From an uncultured Bacillota bacterium (GTDB lineage Bacteria > Bacillota > Clostridia > Christensenellales > UBA1242): a DNA stretch of 64,000 bases. The stretch covers positions 37,330-101,329 of the forward strand of contig CASFPO010000045.1 of NCBI GenBank assembly GCA_949296805.1, written 5' to 3'. The translations under genes were made by a program, and so were the position numbers. The notes below the pieces were generated by a model, which was not told the origin of the DNA, did no database searches, and worked only from the letters and a program-made list of their open reading frames with translations. Shown here piece by piece: positions 1-9,804 of this stretch (position 1 is the first letter of the stretch; each line of letters starts with the position of its first letter).

Positions 1-280
1 GGTTAACTCCTAGATCGGCAGATATGATTGCCTTGATAACATTTTTTACTTGTGACTGGTCCCACACAGAAATTGCAAGTATCCTAGCCTCAGGCACTGA
101 AATGCTTGCCATATTTTTAAGTGGTGTTGGCACTCCATAATAGTCAATAAAAACCTTATCTAAAATATGAGGATTTGCTCTACCTGCTCTAATCACAAGA
201 TACTCATTTTGTTGATGGCTAATCGCCTTTTCAATTTCTTCTTGACACGAGAGTTTAATTTCCTCTATCATCTCATTCAT
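1..280 (-). CDS. frr: ribosome recycling factor, N-terminal part (gene runs off the window start)
   Basis: Absent from the ORF track. Minus-strand translation from ATG 278-280 gives MNEMIEEIKLSCQEEIEKAISHQQNEYLVIRAGRANPHILDKVFIDYYGVPTPLKNMASISVPEARILAISVWDQ..., matching the RRF hallmark R.GRANP..L..V.YYG..TPL. GGAG SD lies upstream. Confidence 0.85.
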   Translation of the reverse strand, partial: MNEMIEEIKLSCQEEIEKAISHQQNEYLVIRAGRANPHILDKVFIDYYGVPTPLKNMASISVPEARILAISVWDQSQVKNVIKAIISADLGVN

Positions 281-299
281 AATTTTCTCCTTAAAATTT

Positions 300-328
300 A
301 TTGTACTATAAATAATTAAAATTTGCAA
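300..328 (-). promoter_or_regulatory. sigma-A type promoter for frr
   Basis: Minus strand reads TTGCAA (323-328), a 17-nt spacer, then TACAAT (300-305), about 20 nt upstream of the frr SD. Confidence 0.5.
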
Positions 329-423
329 ACAATTTATTAGATATTAGCAAGATAAAAATAAAATTTTGTCATACTGTAAGCTTGAATACCTCAAACAAAA
401 CAGCACTTATTTATTTTTATCCA

Positions 424-478
424 TAAAAAAAGAATGTGGATTTATGAAGTAATTTTCCTCCCGTCATCCACACTCTTA
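424..478 (-). terminator. putative intrinsic terminator after tsf
   Basis: Inverted repeat gaatgtggat / atccacactc (one mismatch) followed on the minus strand by a U-run (A-run 424-431 on plus). The loop is large, so the call is moderate. Confidence 0.45.
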
Positions 479-1132
479 TTAATTTCCGCTAATTTGTTTT
501 TGAACTTCATCTGCTAAATTATCATTGCGTTTTTCAAGTCCTTCGCCCATTTCAAATCTTGCATATCTTCTTATAGTAATTTTTTCTCCTATTTGAAGAA
601 TCTTTTCATTGATATATTGTTCTATTGTTAAGTTTGGATCTTTAACAAAAGACTGTTCCATAAGACAAACATCTTGATAGAATTTTTTTACTCGACCTTC
701 TACCATTTTATCAATTATTTGAGCTGGTTTGCCCTCATTTAAAGCTTGATTTTTAAGAATTTCTTTTTCTTTTTCTAATTCCTCTGCTGGAACATCTTCA
801 GTTCTAACATATTTTGGAGAAGCTGCTGCAATTTGAAGTGCTATATCGTGTCCAATTTGTTGAAAAGCATCAGTTTTTGCAACAAAGTCAGTTTCACAGT
901 TAATTTCTACAAGAACACCAATCTTTCCACCCATATGGATATAGGCAGATACGACACCCTCTGATGCTATTCTTGATTGTTTTTTAGCTGCGGCAGCGAT
1001 ACCCTTTTCTCTTAGCCAAACTATAGCTTTTTCAAAATCTCCATCACTTTCTACAAGTGCCTTTTTGCAATCCATCATACCTGCATTTGTTTTTGCTCTT
1101 AAATCAGCAACGTCTTTAGCTGTAAAATTCAT
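479..1132 (-). CDS. tsf: elongation factor Ts (short 217-aa form)
   Basis: N-terminal UBA-like segment [34 protein letters not shown] is the EF-Ts signature. Sits directly downstream of rpsB. Confidence 0.95.
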   Translation of the reverse strand: MNFTAKDVADLRAKTNAGMMDCKKALVESDGDFEKAIVWLREKGIAAAAKKQSRIASEGVVSAYIHMGGKIGVLVEINCETDFVAKTDAFQQIGHDIALQIAAASPKYVRTEDVPAEELEKEKEILKNQALNEGKPAQIIDKMVEGRVKKFYQDVCLMEQSFVKDPNLTIEQYINEKILQIGEKITIRRYARFEMGEGLEKRNDNLADEVQKQISGN

Positions 1133-1134
1133 AA

Positions 1135-2046
1135 CTATTCTCCTTTATCTTCTACTTTATTTTCTGTTGCAGAAGCCTCAACTTGAGGTTCTTCTTTTTT
1201 CTCTTTCTTTGCATCTACTTTCTTTTTAGCTGGCTTTTTCCTTGCATTTTTTCTTGCACGATTTTCTTCCCCAGCCTCAGCGATTTCAAGATTTGGCTTA
1301 GTTTCAGCAAGTACTTTTTCTAAATCAATATCTTCATCTTGAGAATCATCCTTTTTAAGAGATACACCCTCTTTTGCCTCTATTACTGCATCTGCAATAG
1401 CTGAAGCAATAAGTTTTACAGAACGAATAGCATCATCGTTTCCTGGAATAACATATTCAATATGTTCTGGGTTGCCATTTGTATCAACAAGAGCAACCAT
1501 TGGAATATTCAAAAGTTTGCACTCGTTTACACAAATATGTTCAACATTTGGATCAACAAGGAATACTACTCCTGGAAGCTCTCTCATTTCCTTGATACCG
1601 CCAAGGTTTTTCTCGAGTTTATCTCTTTCAGCTTTTAAAAGAGTAACTTCCTTTTTAGGAAGAAGGTCAAATTCGCCTACCTTTTCCATTTGATTAAGTT
1701 TGTTAAGCCTTTCTATCCTAGACTTGATTGTCTTAAAGTTTGTAAGGCAACCACCAAGCCAGCGAGTGTTAATGTAAAACATTCCACAACGCTCAGCTTC
1801 TTCCTTTACAGCATCTTGTGCCTGTTTTTTTGTTCCCACAAAAAGAACATTTTTGCCTGTAGCAACGACATCACGTACAAATTGGTATGCTTTGTCAACT
1901 TGCTCAGAAGTTTGTTCTAGATTAATGATATGGATATCATTTCTTGCAGTAAAAATAAATTTTTTCATTTTTGGATTCCATTTTCTTGTTTGGTGTCCAA
2001 AATGAACTCCTGCTTCTAGAAGTTGTTTCATTGAAATAACTGACAT
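1135..2046 (-). CDS. rpsB: 30S ribosomal protein S2 with a roughly 70-aa Lys/Glu-rich C-terminal tail
   Basis: [27 protein letters not shown]... is the canonical S2 N-terminus. AGGAGG SD and rpsB-tsf synteny. Confidence 0.97.
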   Translation of the reverse strand: MSVISMKQLLEAGVHFGHQTRKWNPKMKKFIFTARNDIHIINLEQTSEQVDKAYQFVRDVVATGKNVLFVGTKKQAQDAVKEEAERCGMFYINTRWLGGCLTNFKTIKSRIERLNKLNQMEKVGEFDLLPKKEVTLLKAERDKLEKNLGGIKEMRELPGVVFLVDPNVEHICVNECKLLNIPMVALVDTNGNPEHIEYVIPGNDDAIRSVKLIASAIADAVIEAKEGVSLKKDDSQDEDIDLEKVLAETKPNLEIAEAGEENRARKNARKKPAKKKVDAKKEKKEEPQVEASATENKVEDKGE

Positions 2047-2214
2047 TTTAAATCCTCCTTTGTTTTTGTCCTTCCCTATAGTTTTCTAGCTCCTAATTGC
2101 GACCACAGACCTATCAGTCTTTTAAGTTGTATCGGTATCGTTTAAAAATACAACAAGTTTTTGGCAACTGCAACAGAATATACTATAAGTGCATATTTGT
2201 CCAATGACCTAGCC

Positions 2215-2244
2215 ATTATACCATAGAATTAATCAATTTGTCAA
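2215..2244 (-). promoter_or_regulatory. sigma-A promoter of rpsB-tsf (TG-extended -10)
   Basis: Minus strand reads TTGACA (2239-2244), an 18-nt spacer ending in TGg, then TATAAT (2215-2220). This leaves a leader of about 165 nt before the rpsB ATG. Confidence 0.6.
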
Positions 2245-2281
2245 CTATTTATAACAAGATATAAAAAAATCCTAACTTTAT

Positions 2282-3346
2282 TTAATTAGGAATTTTTTTA
2301 TCTTCTTTTGTTTTAACTAATTTCTTTCTATTTTTACTTTTATTTACAACTGTCCAAAAACATGGAAGAAGAGTTTGTGAAGTAAAGTATGTTACAATAA
2401 CACCCATAAGGATACCAAGAGCAACCATCCTTACACCACTAACAGCCAATGCTATAAACAATATTGTTAGTAAAAACAAACCAATATAGACTAGTGTTTT
2501 ATTAAAGGTAATTTCTTTTGTTACAGCATTTGCAATCTCGTTATTTTTGGCTTTTTCAAATTTACCTGAAGCTGTGTTAGACTTGATTTTTAAGTAGAAA
2601 TAGAAAAGATTAAATATTGTCATTGCAAGAGTTACAAACAGCACGATGCCAAACGAGAGGTTTACTGTAATTCTAGTGATAAGCATTAAAGCTATAGTCA
2701 GGAACATATCAATTGCAATCTGCATTAAGCCAACAACAAAGATGCTAGGATTATACCTAAATGCCATATAGATACTTATAGCAAGATAAGCAAATACTAC
2801 ACTTGCAACAATACCTATTGCCCAGCCATAATATCCGTCTGGCGAAGATATATCAATTGTTGATATTGCATTAGCGTAATCATCATAGCCAAAAGCACTT
2901 AGTAATTCACTTTTAACCTTGTTATTTAATAAGTTAATTTCGCCTTTATCCTCAGACAAATTTTGATAGCTTACCTCAACCGCCTGACCCAAATCAACCT
3001 TATATTCTTGAATATTTATTGAAGAGGTTCTAAAACTATCTATATTTAATTGATTATCCTTTAAAACCACTTCAATTTTATCGTATACTTCATTATAATC
3101 CTTTGAATTTGATAGGTCATAAACTTTAATTTCTTCGCCAAAACTGTTGTCACTATTTACATACAACTTAAAGGTACTTTTTCCAGTAAAGTCACTACCC
3201 AAATTAAAGCCTACAGTAAATAAAAGTACTATGCCCACCACAAGCAAAACTAACGAAACAAGCAGATAATAAAGAAAATTTTTAGTTATGTTAAATTTTG
3301 AATTTATAATTTTTTGTTGTAAATTCCTTTGTTTTTTATTATTCAT
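2282..3346 (-). CDS. secF: protein-export membrane protein SecF
   Basis: 354 aa with an N-terminal TM, an extracytoplasmic loop and a C-terminal multi-TM bundle (..AYLAISIYMAFRYN..). Overlaps the upstream secD by 8 nt. Confidence 0.85.
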   Translation of the reverse strand: MNNKKQRNLQQKIINSKFNITKNFLYYLLVSLVLLVVGIVLLFTVGFNLGSDFTGKSTFKLYVNSDNSFGEEIKVYDLSNSKDYNEVYDKIEVVLKDNQLNIDSFRTSSINIQEYKVDLGQAVEVSYQNLSEDKGEINLLNNKVKSELLSAFGYDDYANAISTIDISSPDGYYGWAIGIVASVVFAYLAISIYMAFRYNPSIFVVGLMQIAIDMFLTIALMLITRITVNLSFGIVLFVTLAMTIFNLFYFYLKIKSNTASGKFEKAKNNEIANAVTKEITFNKTLVYIGLFLLTILFIALAVSGVRMVALGILMGVIVTYFTSQTLLPCFWTVVNKSKNRKKLVKTKEDKKIPN

Positions 3347-4745
3347 TGTTGTTACCTCCAGGGATAGTATCGGTAACGATTACATCTTCACTTATATTGT
3401 TTTTTGATTCCTCATTTGCAATTTCTTTAACGCTTTTATCTCGGTAAAGATGCAACTTTTTAGCCTTAGTGCTATTTAAAGGAAGGTAGATATTTAATAG
3501 ATACCTAATAATTACTAATGCTGTAAACATAGATAAAATAGCACCCAGCATTAAGCATATTGCAAATCCTTTTAAAGCAGTCGGAGCAAATATCCATATA
3601 AAAATACAAGCTAAAATTACAACTATATGGCTATCTAGAATAGGCCAAAGTGCCTTTTTTAGTCCTCCCTTAAATGAAAGATGAATCTTTTTACCTATAG
3701 CATATTCCTCTTTTATTTTTTCAAAGATAAAGGTATTTGCAACAATAGCAAGCATAAAGGCAAAGATACACCCAAACACCGCAGAAAGATTTAAAAGAAT
3801 GAATGGTATAGCTTGCATAAAGAAAGCAAATAAAACAAGATAGAATACCAAGGATAAACTTCCTAATAATCCTAAATGTCCATATCTAACAATAAGAAAA
3901 ACAAATGCCAAAACGATAGTTATTATACAAGCAATTCCAATATAAAGCAAAGTATTTTTGCCAAGGACTGGGGCAATATTACTCTTTTCAAGTAATGTCA
4001 GATTAACCTTCAAAGCCCCGCTTGTAATTTTGTAAGCAAGCTCAGCTGATTGAGTGTTGCTAGAAGATGAATAGTCTGTGTCAGTGCTTGAAAAAACAAG
4101 TGTATTTCCAATATCAGCAAGCGTAATTTGCCCTATACTATTGTCGGAGCTGACTTGGTCAATATAAACATAAGCACTTCCAAGTCCTGCGTCATCAGCA
4201 TATGTGAGCATAGTTTCAAGTTTATCATTACCAAGCTCAGTTAACTGCAAGTTGATAGTATATGCACTATTGTCATAATCATAGCCAACGTAAGCATAAG
4301 AAATATCTGTACTACTTAAATATACAGTTGGATTTGTTAACGTGTCACTAACCTCTTCTAGAGTAATAAAAATTTCTTCTGGATATGCAAGATAATCAAA
4401 AGTGCGGTCTGATATTTGTGAGCCAGAGGCCTCTATTCTAACCTTATCTCCTTGTCTTGTCACATATAACTCAGAATAACTACTTATATTATTAAAAGCA
4501 TCTTTAATTTGTTGCAGAGAATTATCAATCGACTGAGTTATATCCTCTTGGCTATTTTTTACCTCAACACTGTAAATAGCGGAGACTCCACCATTTAAAT
4601 CTATCCCCTTTTCAATCGCACCAATAAAACCATTATATCTATCAGTACTTGCAGGAATGTTGAAAGGACATACGCTTAAAAGTATGCCAACAATCGCAAT
4701 AATTACAAGTAAAACAAAATTAACAACTGAGTATTTTTTTAACAT
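3339..4745 (-). CDS. secD: protein-export membrane protein SecD
   Basis: 468 aa with an N-terminal TM, a large loop containing IDLNGGVS, and a C-terminal RND-like 6-TM domain. Standard secD-secF order. Confidence 0.85.
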   Translation of the reverse strand: MLKKYSVVNFVLLVIIAIVGILLSVCPFNIPASTDRYNGFIGAIEKGIDLNGGVSAIYSVEVKNSQEDITQSIDNSLQQIKDAFNNISSYSELYVTRQGDKVRIEASGSQISDRTFDYLAYPEEIFITLEEVSDTLTNPTVYLSSTDISYAYVGYDYDNSAYTINLQLTELGNDKLETMLTYADDAGLGSAYVYIDQVSSDNSIGQITLADIGNTLVFSSTDTDYSSSSNTQSAELAYKITSGALKVNLTLLEKSNIAPVLGKNTLLYIGIACIITIVLAFVFLIVRYGHLGLLGSLSLVFYLVLFAFFMQAIPFILLNLSAVFGCIFAFMLAIVANTFIFEKIKEEYAIGKKIHLSFKGGLKKALWPILDSHIVVILACIFIWIFAPTALKGFAICLMLGAILSMFTALVIIRYLLNIYLPLNSTKAKKLHLYRDKSVKEIANEESKNNISEDVIVTDTIPGGNNNE

Positions 4746-4828
4746 TAATAATCCTTTTAATTTTTTAATAACTATTTACTCTCATAATTATAAAGAATTA
4801 AAAGGTTTATGTCAATTAAAATTAAGTT

Positions 4829-5248
4829 TTAGTTGGTACTTTTTTTAATATTCACACTTATTATGCCACAAATAGCCCCGATAACAGCTCCAAAAACGGC
4901 ATCAGTAAGCAAAGATAGGTCAAAAGTAAAGCTTCCGCTAAGGATAGAGAAAACCAAAAAAGCAACTAAAGTATAAATAAAACCTATTAAAAGACCACTG
5001 ACTAGCCCTAATTCTTTACATTTTCTAAGCCCAATAAAGACGCCTAAAAATATACTAACACCTTTTATAACCTGATTTACTGGAGCAATTGCATTATCTG
5101 AGATGTTGGTAAATTTTAGTAAAAATGCAAAGACTAAAACAAGCACCAGTGAAATAGATAAAGCAATTAAAGTTCCTTTAGCAATAAATCCTGCCATAGG
5201 AAATTTATTTTTCGTGTTTTGTATATTTACTTTAGCTCTCAATTTCAT
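4829..5248 (-). CDS. small integral membrane protein (TIGR04086/YrzE-like, tentative)
   Basis: Start trimmed to the ATG at 5246-5248, which is preceded by an AAGGAG SD (MKLRAKVNIQ...). Four predicted TM helices with Gly-rich segments. The family assignment is from memory only. Confidence 0.5.
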   Translation of the reverse strand: MKLRAKVNIQNTKNKFPMAGFIAKGTLIALSISLVLVLVFAFLLKFTNISDNAIAPVNQVIKGVSIFLGVFIGLRKCKELGLVSGLLIGFIYTLVAFLVFSILSGSFTFDLSLLTDAVFGAVIGAICGIISVNIKKSTN

Positions 5249-5325
5249 AATTGACTCCTTTTCACAAAAATATACATTAATAAAAATTTTGTAATTGTTA
5301 CATTTCATAATTATGTTGGTATAAT

Positions 5326-5361
5326 AAAAAAAATAACTACTAATCATAAAAATTAGTAGTC
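5326..5361 (-). terminator. intrinsic terminator after the 5353-6186 gene
   Basis: 9-bp stem actactaat/attagtagt followed by a long U-run on the minus strand. Overlaps the stop codon. Confidence 0.7.
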
Positions 5362-6186
5362 TCTTGCAATATCTTCCACTATAATCTCTGATAAGGAAAT
5401 TGCCGTTTGATATTTGTTTTCTTCTCTTTCTAGCTCGTCTGAAAATTTTGAGTAATCGCTAACAACTTTAGTAAAATTTTTACACTGTTTATCGCTGTTT
5501 TTAAAAAAATCTTGTCTGTCATATAAGTATGCCATAAAACCAAGCCCATAAAATCTTTTGCCTAGTCCCTGTTTTGACAATTTATAACCCTTTGTATCTT
5601 TTAAAAAAGCGGGTTTTGAAAGCTGAGCCTTATCCTTTACCAAATCTTCTTTATTAATATGTTGTATAGCTTTAAAATTAAAAAGATGATAATACAGTTC
5701 TTTATTCATAACCAAATAGTTTGCACCATCAAAGACAAACTCTTGACCATTAAGCTTAAACAAGCATATTGAATGAAAAAGTCCATTATTTATATTAAAA
5801 GGATTGATTGAACCAAAGATTAGGTCTGCTTTCAATTTACTATCTAAAGCAAAATAATATGCAGATAGGTGGCATTTACCCTCTTGGCAAAAAACTTCAT
5901 TAAAAAGTCTGCTAGCACAAATGAATCTACCTTTGTCTTGCATACCACCAATCAAGTACCATCCATTTTTGCTAGGTATAAAATTATCTTTAATGCACCT
6001 ATTATATTTTAAATTTGTAGGTGTAATTTTATCATATTGCCATTTGCAAAATATATGAAGGGCAATACAAAGTTTCTCCCTATCCGAAAGCTCCTTTCTT
6101 TCAGCTTTTTGGCTAAGAAAATAAGGATAGGAAGTCTCTTCTATTAATCTAGCTTTTAACAAATGCTCATTATCATATATTCTCAT
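5353..6186 (-). CDS. hypothetical protein, possible transglutaminase-like Cys-His-Asp fold
   Basis: 277-aa ORF. The order EGKCHLSAYYFAL ... GLFHSICLFKLNGQEFVFDGAN resembles the C/H/D spacing of transglutaminase-like cysteine peptidases. No other recognisable motif. Confidence 0.5.
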   Translation of the reverse strand: MRIYDNEHLLKARLIEETSYPYFLSQKAERKELSDREKLCIALHIFCKWQYDKITPTNLKYNRCIKDNFIPSKNGWYLIGGMQDKGRFICASRLFNEVFCQEGKCHLSAYYFALDSKLKADLIFGSINPFNINNGLFHSICLFKLNGQEFVFDGANYLVMNKELYYHLFNFKAIQHINKEDLVKDKAQLSKPAFLKDTKGYKLSKQGLGKRFYGLGFMAYLYDRQDFFKNSDKQCKNFTKVVSDYSKFSDELEREENKYQTAISLSEIIVEDIARDY

Positions 6187-6276
6187 CTATAATATTTTAT
6201 AATATTTATCGCATTAAGTCAATATAATAATGACGCCATTTTTAAAAAATTATCATTAATTAAAAAGAAAATTCCT

Positions 6277-7665
6277 TTACCCAATAATTGAGCCTACAGT
6301 TCTTGGGAAAAATTCAACATCACGAATGTTAGAAATTCCAGTCAAGTACATTACCAGCCTTTCAAAGCCCAGTCCATAGCCTGAGTGGATATTTGTTCCA
6401 TACCTTCTTGTGTCAAGGTACCAAGCATAATCTTCTTCTTTAAGTCCCAATTCTTGTATTCTCTTCCTTAAAACGTCAAGTCTTTCTTCCCTTTGACTGC
6501 CTCCGCAGAGTTCTCCAATTCCAGGCACAAGCAGGTCAACCGCAGCGACAGTTTTTCCATCATCATTCAAACGCATATAGAAGGCTTTGATGTCTTTAGG
6601 ATAATTTTTTAAGAACACAGGCTTTTTAAACACCTCTTCTGTTAAATATCGCTCGTGTTCTGACTGCAAATCCATCCCCCACGAAACAGGAAAAACAAAC
6701 TTATCTTTAACCTTTTCTAAAATCTTAATAGCCTCGGTGTAGTCAAGACGCTCAAACTTATGGCTTGCTACATTTTTTAGCCTTTCAATAAGCCCTGTGT
6801 CTACAAATTTATTTAAAAATTCAAGTTCATCTTTGCACTCGTCAAATATATAGTTAATCACATACTTAACCATTTCTTCTTCATTATCCATAAGTCCTTC
6901 AAGATCGCAGAAGCACATTTCTGGCTCCATCATCCAAAACTCAGCTGCGTGACGAGAGGTGTTGGAGTTTTCTGCTCTAAAAGTTGGGCCAAAGGTATAA
7001 GTCTTACCAAAGGCGTGAGTTATAGTCTCTTCGTGAAGTTGCCCTGAAACGGTTAAAGATACCTTTTTGCCAAAAAAGTCTTGACTATAATCAACTTTCC
7101 CATCTTTTTTAGGCAATTTATCAAGGTCAAGAGTTGTAACTTGGAACATCTCGCCTGCCCCCTCACAGTCATTTGAGGTTATAATTGGCGTATGCACATA
7201 AACAAAATTACGCTCATTAAAAAACTTATGGATGGCAAAAGAAGCTACAGAGCGAATTCTAAACACAGCGTTAAAGAGATTACCCCTTGCTCTGATTGTA
7301 GGGATACTTCTTAAAAACTCTATCGTATGCCTTTTCTTTTGCAGTGGATAATCGTTATCAGCTGAGCCTAAGATAGTTACCTTATTTGCATTAATCTCAA
7401 AAGGTTGCTGAGCTGAAGGTGTAACAACCACCTTTCCCTTTACGCAAAACGATGTTCCAACATTTTCTTTTACAATGTCATCATAGTTGCCAATCTTATT
7501 TCTTTCAACAACAATTTGTGCACTTTTAAAAGCTCCGTCATTTAGCTCAATAAAGGCAATGTTTTTACTATCTCGGATAGTTCTAGCCCAGCCACAAACG
7601 ATAATTTCTTGGTCTGCATAATCGTTATAAGTTTTGTTTAAATCACGAATTTCAATTCTTTTCAT
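6277..7665 (-). CDS. asnS: asparagine--tRNA ligase
   Basis: 462 aa, class IIb. [24 protein letters not shown] (motif 2) and [12 protein letters not shown] (motif 3) are typical of AsnRS. Confidence 0.9.
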   Translation of the reverse strand: MKRIEIRDLNKTYNDYADQEIIVCGWARTIRDSKNIAFIELNDGAFKSAQIVVERNKIGNYDDIVKENVGTSFCVKGKVVVTPSAQQPFEINANKVTILGSADNDYPLQKKRHTIEFLRSIPTIRARGNLFNAVFRIRSVASFAIHKFFNERNFVYVHTPIITSNDCEGAGEMFQVTTLDLDKLPKKDGKVDYSQDFFGKKVSLTVSGQLHEETITHAFGKTYTFGPTFRAENSNTSRHAAEFWMMEPEMCFCDLEGLMDNEEEMVKYVINYIFDECKDELEFLNKFVDTGLIERLKNVASHKFERLDYTEAIKILEKVKDKFVFPVSWGMDLQSEHERYLTEEVFKKPVFLKNYPKDIKAFYMRLNDDGKTVAAVDLLVPGIGELCGGSQREERLDVLRKRIQELGLKEEDYAWYLDTRRYGTNIHSGYGLGFERLVMYLTGISNIRDVEFFPRTVGSIIG

Positions 7666-7688
7666 AATTTCTCCTAAAAATATAATAT

Positions 7689-8972
7689 TTATGGTGTTAA
7701 ACGCTCGGGCCCTCTAAAGATAAACATTGTCTCTTTAAGGTTTGGAATATCAAGCAAGTTCATAGTAACTCTGTCAACGCCTAAACCAAAGCCACCGTGT
7801 GGCAGACAGCCATACTTGAAAAACTGCAGATAAAATTCTACATCTTTAGCAAGCCCAATCTCCTCTGCTTGTTTTTTAAGAATTTCATAACGGTGTTCTC
7901 TTTGAGCGCCAGTGGTAATTTCAACACCCTTCCAAATAAGGTCGTAGCCTTGAGGTACGCAGTCTTTTCTAAGATGATAGAAGGCTCTCTTTTTTGCTCC
8001 AAAATCAGTCACAAACAAAAATTCACTATCAAAAGCGTCTTTTGAAAACTGTCCGCAAAGTTTTTCTGCCTCAGTTGACAGGTCATCCTTTTCTTCCTCT
8101 GGGCAAGAGTAACCATATCTTTTTTCTAGCTCATTATATAGGTCAGCAAGCTTAATTCTAGGGAAAGGCAATTTTGGAACAACAATATCTACTCCAAACA
8201 CCTGTTTAATTTCTTCGCCATATTTTTTATTTACCACCTCTAACGCATAGGCTAAAAGTTCTTCTTCCAATTTCATAATATCTTCATAACTTTCAATGCC
8301 AGAGACTTCAACGTCAAAGCTTGTAAACTCGGTTGCGTGCTTTCTTGAGTGAGATTTTTCTGCACGAAAGACTGGCCCAACCTCAAATATTTTACCCAGT
8401 CCTCCCGCCATAGCCATTTGCTTATAGAACTGAGGACTTTGTGCCAGATAAGCAAAGGTATCAAAATATTTAACTTGAAAAACTTCAGAGCCTGACTCAG
8501 AGGCTGTGGCAATCAGTTTTGGAGAATGAATTTCAGTAAATTCATTGTTGAGCAAGTACTCTCGCAGTGCATTTATAAAAACCGTTTGTACTTTAAAAAG
8601 CAATAGATTTTTCTCTTGCCTTAAGTCAAGCCAGCGATAATCAATCCTTTGGTCAATACTGCTTTCAGGTCCGATAGGATATGCTTCAGCCGTGCTAGTT
8701 ACTTCCACTCTCTTTGCCAGCACTTCTTGACCGCCCATTTTGACATATTCACTTTTAACAAGCTCGCCCTCAACCATAACCGTTGCACCAGTCAAGAGAT
8801 GAGAAAACACCTCTCCAACCTCTGGATAGGCGATTTTATCGACTGTGACCTGAATTTTTCCTGAAAAATCTCTTAGCACGATAAACTGGATATTTTTTTT
8901 ATCTCGTACAGTTTCAATCATACCTTGAAATTTAACGTTACCCTCTTGCAATTTTGAAATTTGTGGTGTCAT
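7689..8972 (-). CDS. aspS: aspartate--tRNA ligase, archaeal/type-2 (discriminating status unknown)
   Basis: Start trimmed to the ATG at 8970-8972, 5 nt after AGGAGG. The protein is 427 aa. [24 protein letters not shown] and [12 protein letters not shown] are class IIb motifs, and the short length fits the archaeal-type AspRS. Confidence 0.85.
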   Translation of the reverse strand: MTPQISKLQEGNVKFQGMIETVRDKKNIQFIVLRDFSGKIQVTVDKIAYPEVGEVFSHLLTGATVMVEGELVKSEYVKMGGQEVLAKRVEVTSTAEAYPIGPESSIDQRIDYRWLDLRQEKNLLLFKVQTVFINALREYLLNNEFTEIHSPKLIATASESGSEVFQVKYFDTFAYLAQSPQFYKQMAMAGGLGKIFEVGPVFRAEKSHSRKHATEFTSFDVEVSGIESYEDIMKLEEELLAYALEVVNKKYGEEIKQVFGVDIVVPKLPFPRIKLADLYNELEKRYGYSCPEEEKDDLSTEAEKLCGQFSKDAFDSEFLFVTDFGAKKRAFYHLRKDCVPQGYDLIWKGVEITTGAQREHRYEILKKQAEEIGLAKDVEFYLQFFKYGCLPHGGFGLGVDRVTMNLLDIPNLKETMFIFRGPERLTP

Positions 8973-8995
8973 AATCTCCTCCTTAAATTGCATTA

Positions 8996-9200
8996 AAATA
9001 AAAAATCCTAATGCAAATATACTTTACATTAGGACGAATAAACATATCCGCGGTGCCACCTAATTTGTCAAATGACCACTTATTTTTTAATTTTCAAACT
9101 CCAAAGTGTCTTTCATTTTACCCTGACAGCAATTTACACCCATCATTGCCTCTCTGTAGTCTACAAGTAAAACTACTCTCTTTTTCAACATTTGATAGAC
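8996..9200 (-). promoter_or_regulatory. T-box leader, Asp specifier (GAC), controlling aspS-asnS
   Basis: The minus strand shows an AGAGA-containing stem I, GAAA-GAC-A in the specifier position, the T-box core GGTGGCACCGCGG (9048-9060), then the terminator tcctaatg..cattagga plus a U-run just upstream of the aspS SD. Confidence 0.85.
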
Positions 9201-9202
9201 TT

Positions 9203-9231
9203 ATTATATTCATTCAAAACGCAATTGTCAA
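9203..9231 (-). promoter_or_regulatory. sigma-A promoter of the Asp T-box/aspS-asnS operon
   Basis: TTGACA (9226-9231), a 17-nt spacer, then TATAAT (9203-9208) on the minus strand. Confidence 0.7.
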
Positions 9232-9255
9232 GAAAATTTTACCTTTTTACTATAC

Positions 9256-9282
9256 AAAAAAAGATCAAGCACTTTTGCTTAA
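9256..9282 (-). terminator. weak intrinsic terminator after yajC
   Basis: Short stem aagca/tgctt followed by a 7-nt U-run on the minus strand. Confidence 0.4.
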
Positions 9283-9288
9283 TCCTTT

Positions 9289-9729
9289 TTATTCTGTTTT
9301 TTTTGATGATTTTGTTTGTTTGTCAGGTTTAGGCTCACTCTCGCCACTGCTAATTGTTTGCTCGGATTTTAACTCAGCATTGCTATCTTTAAGCGTACTA
9401 GCCTCTTGCTTAATTTCTGTTGGCGTGTCAGCAGTCTCTTCTTTAAATACAGTGTAGATTGCATAAGCATCAATTGAAAGATAGCCTTTTTTATTATCAG
9501 TACCTGTTTCAATAGTTACAATTTTTTTATCTTCCTCAAGATGCAAGTCAATAATTGTGCCATACACTCCGCTTGTTGTTAAAACCTTATCTCCCCTCTT
9601 TAAAGAATTAGTTTGCTCCTGCACCTTTTGTCTTTCTTTTTTATTCCTAAAATACATCAGCACTGGATAAAGAATGATTAATACAACAATCAAAACGATT
9701 AATACTATTTGAGTTGGCTCTAGATCCAT
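9289..9729 (-). CDS. yajC: preprotein translocase subunit YajC with an extended acidic/Lys-rich C-terminal tail
   Basis: Start trimmed to the ATG at 9727-9729 after AGGAGG. Single TM, then SLKRGDKVLTTSGVYGTIIDL, the YajC signature. Confidence 0.8.
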   Translation of the reverse strand: MDLEPTQIVLIVLIVVLIILYPVLMYFRNKKERQKVQEQTNSLKRGDKVLTTSGVYGTIIDLHLEEDKKIVTIETGTDNKKGYLSIDAYAIYTVFKEETADTPTEIKQEASTLKDSNAELKSEQTISSGESEPKPDKQTKSSKKTE

Positions 9730-9804
9730 TTTACCTCCTATAGACAAAACTGTTTGTCGTAAGATAGTCTAACATAAATATATTTGATTTCAAAATAAAT
9801 TTAA

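Noticed and set aside
1472-1920. Two plus-strand ORFs (73 and 76 aa) inside rpsB
   Set aside because: They are antisense to a highly conserved ribosomal protein gene, with no expression signals.
2047-2214. The roughly 165-nt rpsB leader as a possible S2 autoregulatory RNA
   Set aside because: I found only short, unconvincing hairpins, and I know of no Firmicute S2-leader family to compare it with. I kept it as part of the promoter annotation only.
9011-9457. 148-aa plus-strand ORF spanning the aspS upstream region and yajC
   Set aside because: It overlaps the Asp T-box leader and its promoter and runs antisense to yajC. It has no SD, and its composition is that of an antisense artefact.
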